DNA of 64,000 nucleotides from Eledone cirrhosa (Eukaryota): NCBI GenBank assembly GCA_964016885.1, contig OZ024746.1, positions 76,198,001 to 76,262,000 of the forward strand, read 5' to 3'. Shown piece by piece: positions 48,711 to 60,246 of this stretch (position 1 is its first letter; each line of letters starts with the position of its first letter). The notes under the pieces were generated by a model. It saw only the letters and a program-made list of their open reading frames with translations, ran no database searches and was not told where the DNA came from. The position numbers and the translations under genes were made by a program.

Positions 48711-49136
48711 ATATATATATATGTATGTATGTGTGTCCAATTCAATCCAGGACCTTCTCATTCCTGTTGGAGGAACCCCTCCCTGGTTGTCCTCCACCCC
48801 CTTTGGCTTTGGTCATATCATAAGGAGTGTAGCTGTACTCACTACACTTGGCCAATTGCAGGTTGGTGAGGCTATTTAACCCATAGTTGGCGTGGATGGC
48901 CATTGACTCTGAGGAGCTCATCTATCCTTTTAACAGCTCTTGTTTTTTGTGCTACTGAGGTTCCACTTACCCTCCTCATCAGAAAAGATTTGGTATATAT
49001 ATATAAATGTTTGGTATATATGTGAGGCTGAATGCCCTAACCACAAAGCCATGTGCCTTCATGTGTATTATATATATATATCAGATTAAAAAGTGGAGTT
49101 AAAAACTCACAATCATCCCCTATAATTTAATGAGCT

Positions 49137-50496
49137 TGTAGCGGTTGTCTCCCTTGTTTGGATTAACATCTAGACGGGAAGTAGAACCCTTTCTGTAACT
49201 TCCGGTCAGAACCCTATAAAACTAACAACTTTAAGTTCTCATCCTCTCATTGCCCTTTCGGCACCAGGCCAAGAGCCTTCTCATTTGCCTTCCGGCGCCT
49301 GGCCTTAGCCAGGCGTCCTCTGCCAGCCGCGTTTGCCTGGCAATCAAAACGGTAACGACTAACTTTGTTTCATTCTATCATCTATTTCTTTGACATGTCA
49401 ACTATACTATCTACCATTGTTAATTAAATATTATACACACAAACAATGTATTCTTTGTTACATTCATGCAACCCAGTACCCTCGCTATATTGGTAACCCT
49501 GACGTGATACGAACACGCAGCCGTTCATCGCTATAAGTGGTCACCCCGAAAAAAGAAAAAGACAGCAGATTCTGGAGTTGTGTGGGTAACATTACGAATA
49601 CACAGCAAATTTATCGACAAACTATGAAAATACTCAAAGAAACGGACACACGCACATGTGGAATTCGCGTTCAGACAGACTTTTTCTCTCACGCATCAAC
49701 TAACTGTCGCATTTCACGATATATATTCTCGTTTCTTACAACGAACACTTTCAAAACAAAAAAAAAAAAAACATTTCACGATATATATATATGTTTCTCG
49801 TTTCTTACAACGAACTCTTTCAAAACAACAAAAAAAAGAAATTTGATATTCTTTAAAAAAACATTTCAACAGGAACATTTATTTTCTATGAACCATTGCC
49901 TTTTTTTTCATCGTTTTCTTCATCGTTCAAGTTTTTTTTTTTCCAAAGTTCACACCAATAATTATGCCGAGTGAAGCCTTTCTTTTTCATCATTGTCACT
50001 TTCACACTTGCACTATCATTTTCTCGCGCGTTAGAAATATTATTTTTTCAACCTTACCACCTTGTATTGGCACGTGTAGGCAGCACAAATTCTCGACTCA
50101 CAGAGATAGCCGCACGCCAGAGATAACGTTTCTCGCCAAGGATTCTTCAGCCTTAAGCTATATTCTTCTATTTGCCGGTTTATAAATTTACAATGTAAAT
50201 TTACCGTTGATAACCGCGCATTTATTAAGAATGCTTATTTCTCTGGCCTCTTGACCCTTCCAGGTCAACGCATTCTCAACACCGACCATCAACTTCGGCT
50301 GCTATTTCTAGCACTTTGCGCAACTCATTTTTTCTTAAAAAAATTTTTTTACTGTGAATTTAAACACCGAATACGCTCACTCAGCGAGACAACAGCAGCA
50401 GCAATAGCAACAGCAATATAACAGCAACAGCAGCAGCAACAGCAACAGCAACGGCAATATAACAGCAACAGCAATACAGCAGCAACAGCAATACAG

Positions 50497-50528
<32 letters not shown>

Positions 50529-51307
50529 GCAATACATCAACACAGCTTCACCAACAACCAAAGCCAGAGAATTTATTTTTGCAGCATTCTTCCTGTGAGA
50601 AAATCCATTCGGAGGTTGGAAATTTCACGATATACCACAGAACAGAAACCACCTACATTCATTCTCTGGAACACACTTTCTTTCTTGCTGTCATGTGATT
50701 GCACACCTGTGAACTATATTTTGTACATTTGAACTTTGAGCTCTTCTCTTACTTTATTACATTGTATCTTTGGGTGATGGAGAGATAGATGTCCAGTCGT
50801 TCTCTGGCCAAGAGCGGTTGGCTACCTTGATATCTATCATTGATTTTTGCAAACATTCTTTTGTCATAATTTTCATGCCTGCTACAACATTCTCGCCAAC
50901 TTGCTACATATTTTCATTCGATTTTTATATCCTAAAATTCTGGCGGGAGGTTATGTAGCGGTTGTCTCCCTTGTTTGGATTAACATCTAGACGGGAAGTA
51001 GAACCCTTTCTGTAACTTCCGGTCAGAACCCTATAAAACTAACAACTTTAAGTTCTCATCCTCTCATTGCCCTTTCGGCACCAGGCCAAGAGCCTTCTCA
51101 TTTGCCTTCCGGCGCCTGGCCTTAGCCAGGCGTCCTCTGCCAGCCGCGTTTGCCTGGCAATCAAAACGGTAACGACTAACTTTGTTTCATTCTATCATCT
51201 ATTTCTTTGACATGTCAACTATACTATCTACCATTGTTAATTAAATATTATACACACAAACCATGTCTCGTTTTGTTACATTCATGCAACCCAGTACTCT
51301 CGCTATA
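49137..51307 (+). mobile_element. Non-autonomous Gypsy-type LTR retroelement (LTRs 49137-49489 and 50954-51307)
   Basis: Near-identical LTRs of about 353 bp, TGTAGCG...CGCTATA; 4-bp TSD AGCT at 49133-49136 and 51308-51311; PBS at 49491; purine tract GGCGGGAGG before the 3' LTR; 1.46-kb internal region without pol. Confidence 0.92.
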
Positions 51308-51484
51308 AGCTCAAGGAACAGATTCTGGGCTCTTTATAAATCAGCATATAGAGAGAAGTATACATATAGATATATAAGTATGTACACGTACATACATATA
51401 TGTATACAGACGTACAGTAGTATGTATATATATATACATACATGCACACATATATATATGTACGTATGAATTCACCGAACATTT

Positions 51485-51685
51485 ATTATAATGCTCGGTG
51501 TGTTTGTAAACAAACATCCCGTATTAAGCCGTAGTGTCCAGCAACCATCGTTGCTCAATTGTTCAACACTGACAAAGGAACTGACAGCGTTCCTTTGTCA
51601 GTGTTGAACAAACGAGCAACGATGGTTGCTGGACACTACGACTTAATACGGGATGTTTGTTTACAAACACACCGAGCATTATAAT
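51485..51685. repeat. About 200-bp palindrome (arms about 97 bp, 7-nt loop), Penelope-like
   Basis: ATTATAATGCTCGGTGTG...AGGAAC-TGACAGC-GTTCCT...CACACCGAGCATTATAAT. Confidence 0.85.
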
Positions 51686-51936
51686 ATGATTCCAGTTCCT
51701 CAGTGAAATAACAACCCAACCAGGAACTGGGCATATCAGAGTATTGACAAAATTATTCACCTCAACAACATATGTACTTGTCTATACCACACTAATTCGG
51801 ACTGCCTGAAGAGATCACAGCCATTTACATTACTCCGGAGTAACCAAACCAACCTGCGCACTTCGTTGAGCGCTCCAGCCTGCATACTGAGGTGTTGGTA
51901 TACAACCAACATATACTCAAAATCTCTATATAAATA

Positions 51937-51994
<58 letters not shown>

Positions 51995-52055
51995 CATATA
52001 CATATAATATATATATATAAATATACACAGGTGTGTATGAGTGTGTATAGAAGAT

Positions 52056-52400
52056 TATATTAATAAAAGGAATTCCAACTTTGTCTGATTTACTCGTTTT
52101 ATTTACAATCCTTTAAAATTATAATGGTATTAGAATGAAATAGTATGGTAGAATATTAAATGTTAAGTATTAATTGAACAAGTATTTTCATGCTTTCGCA
52201 ATTGTCAGGTTCATATTCTACCAAGTTTGCAAACCAAGAATATGAACCTGAAGATTGCGAAAGCATGAAAGTACTTGTTCAATTAACACTTAACATTTAA
52301 TATTCTACCATACTATTTCATTCTAATACCATTATAATCTTAAAGTATTGTAAATAAAACGAGTAAATCAGACAAAGCTGGAATTCCTTTTATTAATATA
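52056..52400. repeat. About 345-bp palindrome, inverted Penelope-like terminal repeat carrying hammerhead-like motifs
   Basis: Arms of about 163 bp with few mismatches; HHR-like core in each arm. Confidence 0.8.
52243..52281 (+). ncRNA. Minimal type I hammerhead ribozyme-like motif
   Basis: TGAAC-CTGAAGA-T-TGC-GAAA-GCA-T-GAAA-GTAC-TT-GTTCA: stem I, CUGANGA, stem II with GAAA loop, GAAA, palindromic helix III. Confidence 0.55.
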
Positions 52401-52528
52401 TATATATATATATATATTGAGCACTTGCCACACATCTCGGAGGTTGTTTTTCGTTATTTCAACAGAGTCGTTATTTCAAGCCATTTCAACAGAGTCCAGA
52501 AATAGCCGTCGAAATGGCTTGAGCTCTG

Positions 52529-52576
<48 letters not shown>

Positions 52577-52589
52577 CATATATATATAC

Positions 52590-53545
52590 TTGGGTGACAA
52601 AATCAGCAGAGGTGGAGGGTGCTCTGAAAGTACAGTAGCTAGAGTCAGTACTGGATGGAAAAAGTTCCGAGAGCTTATACCACTATTAGCCGCTAAAGGG
52701 TTCTCTCTAAAAATGAAAGGCAGGCTGTATGATGCCTGCATACGAACAGCAATGTTACATGGCAGTGAGACCTGCGCATTGTGTGCAGAGGATATATGCA
52801 GACTGGAGAGGAACGAAGCTTGCATGCTCCGCTGGATGTGTAATAGTAATATACGTGAACGGCAAAGCATAAACGAACTAAGGGAAAAATTTGAAATAAG
52901 AGGGATCAGATGTTGTTTATGCGAGAGAAGACTACGTTGGTACGGTCACGTGATGCACATGAAAGACGACAGCTGTATAACAAAGTGCAGAGCAATAAAA
53001 ATAGACAGTAGCCACGGAGTAGGCAGACCCAGAAAAACCTGGGACGACCTGATAAATTCCGACCTCGCACACTTACACCTCTCCAAGACAATGTCACTGG
53101 ACCGAGATCTTTGGCGCCACACAGTAATACAGAAGACCAGCCTTACCTAAGTACAAAGTGAAACCTACTACAGTCAGTAGGCACCTCTAACAAAAATACA
53201 ACCCGTCCCACTACCCCCACCCCATCCACACCACTCCTTTCAATGTAAAGTTATGTTGGTACCACAACATCCAGACCGAAACAAATGAGGTCGTGTAGGT
53301 GTCACAACAAAAAAAACACGCACTCCACGCTGTAATGTGGCCGTGTAGATAACACGGTAAAAACCTCCCAGTCCACACTGTAAACGTGGTTGGTGTTAGG
53401 AAGGGCATCCAGCCATAGAAAACCCGCCAGACAGTCCTATGCGAGCGAGACAACCACTCTTGCCTCAAGTGGGAAAACTCCCGTCCAAACCCATTCAAGC
53501 GTGGAAGATGGACGTTAAACGATGATGATGATGATGATGATGATA
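52590..53545 (+). mobile_element. RTE-clade LINE 3' fragment (copy 1)
   Basis: KGRLYDACIRTAMLHGSET, RRLRWYGHV, GRPRKTW; 3' UTR and (GAT)n. Confidence 0.88.
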
Positions 53546-53589
53546 TATATATATATACATATATGTATATATATATATATATATATATA

Positions 53590-54240
53590 AAATTGTCAAG
53601 AGGGCCGAGGGTGTCTTAGCATCACTCAGCAAGACCTTTGTCAGCTGTTCTCCAGATATCTATTTAAGGCTGTACATGGCTATGGTGCGACCACACTTAG
53701 AATTTGCATCACCAGTCTGGAACCCCTATCTTGCTCAGAACATTGACCGCCTGGAAACTGTTCAGAGACGCGCAACCAAGCGAATACCCTCCATCAGGCA
53801 TCTACCATACTCTGAGCGCCTTGCTTCCCTGGGCATGGATACATTGAAGCTCCAACGCCTGGCAACTGACTTGGTAAACACCCACAAAATTGTTAACCAT
53901 GTTGCCAACAACAACCCTGAGTACCTTTTTGATTTCCATATGTCTAACACACATGGACATGCCCACAAAGTAAGAAAACAGCACCGTTCCCATGACTTTC
54001 GGAAACATTTTTTCACGCTCAGAGTTGCTGAAGCATGGAACAAACTACCTGCATCAGTTGTTAGCTGTCGAGACACTGCATCCTTTAAGGCCTCCATGCT
54101 TCCCGAGATCCGCCAACACTACAGCTAACACATACACACATGTACTTCCCTGACATTTGTGTATTATTCTATGTACTCCCCATACACCTTTGACGAGTTG
54201 TAGTGCACCTGAGCACTTTACACAATAATTTCATTATTAT
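53590..54240 (+). mobile_element. CR1/L2-group LINE 3' fragment (copy 1)
   Basis: VRPHLEFASPVWNPY, LETVQRRATKRI, RKHFFTLRVAEAWNKLP; (ATT)n tail. Confidence 0.88.
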
Positions 54241-54490
54241 ATATATACATATATATATATAAATCATGTCCTTAGAATTATTAGAATTATTAGATAAAAT
54301 ATATACCATTTCCTCTCCCAATTAGGACATGATTTATGATATATTGCTCTGATTATTTAATTTATTAATTCTTCATTGAGCCACATCGTGACTGGTTGCC
54401 ACATCTGTGACTTTATGTATATGTAAATCTTTATATATATATACATATACATATATGTATACATATATACATATATGTATATATATATAA

Positions 54491-54568
<78 letters not shown>

Positions 54569-54677
54569 AGCACTTGCCACACATCTCGGAGGTTGTTTTT
54601 CGTTATTTCAACAGAGTCGTTATTTCAAGCCATTTCAACAGAGTCCAGAAATAGCCGTCGAAATGGCTTGAGCTCTG

Positions 54678-54725
<48 letters not shown>

Positions 54726-54738
54726 CATATATATATAC

Positions 54739-55694
54739 TTGGGTGACAAAATCAGCAGAGGTGGAGGGTGCTCTGAAAGTACAGTAGCTAGAGTCAGTAC
54801 TGGATGGAAAAAGTTCCGAGAGCTTATACCACTATTAGCCGCTAAAGGGTTCTCTCTAAAAATGAAAGGCAGGCTGTATGATGCCTGCATACGAACAGCA
54901 ATGTTACATGGCAGTGAGACCTGCGCATTGTGTGCAGAGGATATATGCAGACTGGAGAGGAACGAAGCTTGCATGCTCCGCTGGATGTGTAATAGTAATA
55001 TACGTGAACGGCAAAGCATAAACGAACTAAGGGAAAAATTTGAAATAAGAGGGATCAGATGTTGTTTATGCGAGAGAAGACTACGTTGGTACGGTCACGT
55101 GATGCACATGAAAGACGACAGCTGTATAACAAAGTGCAGAGCAATAAAAATAGACAGTAGCCACGGAGTAGGCAGACCCAGAAAAACCTGGGACGACCTG
55201 ATAAATTCCGACCTCGCACACTTACACCTCTCCAAGACAATGTCACTGGACCGAGATCTTTGGCGCCACACAGTAATACAGAAGACCAGCCTTACCTAAG
55301 TACAAAGTGAAACCTACTACAGTCAGTAGGCACCTCTAACAAAAATACAACCCGTCCCACTACCCCCACCCCATCCACACCACTCCTTTCAATGTAAAGT
55401 TATGTTGGTACCACAACATCCAGACCGAAACAAATGAGGTCGTGTAGGTGTCACAACAAAAAAAACACGCACTCCACGCTGTAATGTGGCCGTGTAGATA
55501 ACACGGTAAAAACCTCCCAGTCCACACTGTAAACGTGGTTGGTGTTAGGAAGGGCATCCAGCCATAGAAAACCCGCCAGACAGTCCTATGCGAGCGAGAC
55601 AACCACTCTTGCCTCAAGTGGGAAAACTCCCGTCCAAACCCATTCAAGCGTGGAAGATGGACGTTAAACGATGATGATGATGATGATGATGATA
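54739..55694 (+). mobile_element. RTE-clade LINE 3' fragment (copy 2)
   Basis: Identical to copy 1. Confidence 0.88.
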
Positions 55695-55738
55695 TATATA
55701 TATATACATATATGTATATATATATATATATATATATA

Positions 55739-56389
55739 AAATTGTCAAGAGGGCCGAGGGTGTCTTAGCATCACTCAGCAAGACCTTTGTCAGCTGTTCT
55801 CCAGATATCTATTTAAGGCTGTACATGGCTATGGTGCGACCACACTTAGAATTTGCATCACCAGTCTGGAACCCCTATCTTGCTCAGAACATTGACCGCC
55901 TGGAAACTGTTCAGAGACGCGCAACCAAGCGAATACCCTCCATCAGGCATCTACCATACTCTGAGCGCCTTGCTTCCCTGGGCATGGATACATTGAAGCT
56001 CCAACGCCTGGCAACTGACTTGGTAAACACCCACAAAATTGTTAACCATGTTGCCAACAACAACCCTGAGTACCTTTTTGATTTCCATATGTCTAACACA
56101 CATGGACATGCCCACAAAGTAAGAAAACAGCACCGTTCCCATGACTTTCGGAAACATTTTTTCACGCTCAGAGTTGCTGAAGCATGGAACAAACTACCTG
56201 CATCAGTTGTTAGCTGTCGAGACACTGCATCCTTTAAGGCCTCCATGCTTCCCGAGATCCGCCAACACTACAGCTAACACATACACACATGTACTTCCCT
56301 GACATTTGTGTATTATTCTATGTACTCCCCATACACCTTTGACGAGTTGTAGTGCACCTGAGCACTTTACACAATAATTTCATTATTAT
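55739..56389 (+). mobile_element. CR1/L2-group LINE 3' fragment (copy 2)
   Basis: Identical to copy 1. Confidence 0.88.
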
Positions 56390-56639
56390 ATATATACATA
56401 TATATATATAAATCATGTCCTTAGAATTATTAGAATTATTAGATAAAATATATACCATTTCCTCTCCCAATTAGGACATGATTTATGATATATTGCTCTG
56501 ATTATTTAATTTATTAATTCTTCATTGAGCCACATCGTGACTGGTTGCCACATCTGTGACTTTATGTATATGTAAATCTTTATATATATATACATATACA
56601 TATATGTATACATATATACATATATGTATATATATATAA

Positions 56640-56827
<188 letters not shown>

Positions 56828-58214
56828 ATATATATATATATGTGTATATATATATATGTCAGAGTCCGGATGTTCCCGACATGGGGGCAGCGGTGGACTA
56901 GGTGGGCGACAGACAGCTCAAAGCATCTAAAATCTGAAAGGTGTGTAGATTAGTTAGTCCCATGCTGGCGATAGCTGCACACTGGAATCGGTGCCGCTGT
57001 TCATTATTACATCTGAAAGCTCTCGACATTTCTGGACCATTATTTACTTGGGTTTGTTGGTTCCCCACTAGATAGAACTGGTCATTCTGTGTAGTCAACC
57101 TCGATGCAATGTTATGGAAAGCACTCAACATAATGCAACTCACCCGTCTTCGTTTGTCTAGTTGGTATTGTGAGTACGGAGTTAATTATTGCAAAATAAC
57201 AGGTGGCATGTACTGGTGTAAATCCTTGAACCCTAACCTCATTGATATATATATATGTAGGCATGCTGGTTATTACCTTGGCTGCACATACATACTTTGT
57301 TTCTATGTGATCAATTGAGTCAGTCATGAGATATTGCTGTTTATGCACAGACTGATGATGATGATTCTATATATAGTGAGTATTTTTTTTTTTTATAAGA
57401 GTAGTGGATTGGCAGTATCATTAGAGCATCTGACTTCATGTAGCATATAGAAAGCTCTTTACATCTTGAGTTCAAATCCTATCATTTTTAACTTTGCCCT
57501 CCATCCACTGTGGTCTATTTAATTGACTTTGTGCCAAATATAGAAACGATTATTTTTCTTTGAAGATAAGGAACAGCATCCATGACTTTTCCCAGTCTTC
57601 ACAGGTTTATTTAGTGAATGGGGTTGATGTACAGCTGGAAATTCTGTAGATGGAGTTGGGAAACTGGGAACAAGAAGGAAGTTTCAAGTGAGGTGTAAAT
57701 ATTAAACTAATACTTTTAGTACAGTGGTTAGGAACATTTTCACTACCAATAACCCTTTTTATTTGAAGAAATTGTAATTGTGTGATGGTGAAGGGATGGC
57801 ACCTGCTCTGTGGGACTTTGATTAGGACCGAAACATTTTTCTTCATCCGGCATTGATTTTTCCCTCACTGTATTTCTTAAGAAAAATATCAAAGTTCTAT
57901 CGATCTTGTTTGGAAGTTTTAACATAAGGAAAATATGTTAACTGTATTATTTTCTTGTTCTACACGTGTAATATTGGCAAACACTCCAAGCTATTTCTAT
58001 TTCTTTACCATTCATTTATATTATTATTATATGAACCTAATTTCATTTCTTTTATGTATATTTTTTTCTGCAACAGACTATGAATCTTTAGAAAGTTTTC
58101 AGTATTTTCCTTGAGAAATTTGCAATATGTTCATGCAGATTCAAATTGGCAACAAGTGACAAAAGCCTGTTTAGTTGAACCAATCATTGAAGCCTGTAGC
58201 AGTCAAATATTAAG

Positions 58215-58284
58215 ATGGCCAACATCAGAAATCTGCAAATGTTTAAGCTCCTGGTGTGTGTTTTCTGCTATCCAGTTCTGTGTG
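58215..58284 (+). CDS. Gene C exon 1 (signal peptide)
   Basis: aagATGGCC...TGT G|gtatgt; phase 1 like A/B; hydrophobic LLVCVFCYPVLC. Confidence 0.65.
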
Positions 58285-60196
58285 GTATGTTATATTAACT
58301 TTCTCAAATTATGATGAAGGTGCATGGCCTAGTGGTCAGGGTATTTGGACTCAAGATCATAGGTTTCATCTCCTGGACTAGGCAGCGTGTTGGATTCTTG
58401 AAGAAAATACTGTATTCCATGCTGCTCCTTCTGTCAGGAGTATCAGCAATGGAAACAGTGTTTCCTTCATTTGATCTGATGATCAGTCCTTTACTTTCTT
58501 TTCTATATTACATATTTTAAAGTGTTCTTATTATGAATTTTAAATTGTTCCTATTTTAAATTTTAAATTGTTCCTATTACAAATTTTAAATTCTTCCTAC
58601 TATGAATTTTAAATTGTTCCTATTACAAATTTTTTATTCTTCCTACTATGAATTTTAAATTGTTCCTATTACAAATTTTAAATTCTTCCTACTATGAATT
58701 TTAAATTGTTCCTATTACAAATTTTTAATTCTTCCTACTATGAATTTTAAATTGTTCCTATTACAAATTTTTTATTCTTCCTACTATGAATTTTAAATTG
58801 TTCCTATTACAAATTTTTAATTCTTCCTACTATGAATTTTAAATTGTTCCTATTACAAATTTTTAATTCTTCCTACTATGAATTTTAAATAGTTCCTATT
58901 ACAAATTTTTAACTTTTCCTATTATGAATTTCAAAATTACTAAAAATTCTTGCATTGGTTATTCTTTAACTCTTTTATTCTTTTCAGTCATTAGACTACA
59001 ACCATGCTGGGACACTGCCTTGATTGAGTCAATCAATTCAGCCCCACTACTTTATTCTTTTAAAGTCTGCTACTTGTTCTATCGATTGCAGACACAAATA
59101 CAAACACAAACGTAAACATAGACATTAACACACACACACACACACATATGACAAACTTCTACCAAATTCCACTCACAAGGATTTGGTCTATCTGAAGCTA
59201 TAGTAGAAGTCACACTTGCCTAAGGTGCTGTATAGTGAGACTGAACTCAGAACCACATGATTACAAAGCAAACTCCTTAACTACACAGCCACACCTACAT
59301 TTATAGTTAAAGATATGCAATTACAACAATGATTTATTTCAGCTGAGCATAATATTTATATTCCATGTTATTGTTTATGGCTCATTCTTATCTAGGTTCA
59401 GCTGACTTTCTATGAAGTTGCATCTCATATGATATTTCTTGAGTGTTTTAACCATTTAAAATTTAAACCAGCCATATCAGGCCAGAATTTTCTCACCATT
59501 TCCTGTTCAAACCGGCTGTAACCAGCTGCTCATACTTATGTTAAGGTATTGTTCTCAAAATAAATAATATCAATATCTTGTAGATTTGATATTATGTGAG
59601 ATATTTATGTGAGATAAAGGGAAAACTTTGAAAACACAACAGTAAATATAGAGTAATGTAAATGCTAAAGGGTTAATGATAGTGGGCGTCCAGTCCTGTC
59701 ATCAGAGGTGTAATTATGGAAAATATTGCCTATGGCAAGCAGTGAAATTGTGCCCTGTGCAATGGGCCAAAAATTTATATAAATGGTTTAATGATCTAGC
59801 CACCATAGTGCTTCTCAACCATGATAATCAAAGATAGATCATACATCTAAAGTAGTTTCTTTTTTTCACTCAAAACCAGGATAAGTCACTGGGCTTGGGA
59901 CAGAATTTAACTGTAACTTTTAATTTTCTAAACTATTTCAAATATTTCTTCATTTCTGTCCTTAGCTACAGACATGTCATTCTTTACCCTGGGGCCTATC
60001 AAAGATGTACTTCAGAAAGGGAGACAACTGTTTGTGGACCAAGGTGCTAAAGATGTAGTGAAATCTGGTATAGTTCCTTACCACAGTAACTTGGCAGTCA
60101 GATTTGGTCAGTTGGACAGAGAAAAATTCATAATGCTAGGTCCTTATGCACAGGTTTGTATTCTATATTATCTTATTCTTTTATTCTTTTACTGGT

Positions 60197-60246
<50 letters not shown>

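Noticed and set aside
50349-50561. Poly-Cys/poly-Gln ORF
   Set aside because: CAG/CAA repeat inside the non-coding interior of the LTR element; no splice or homology support
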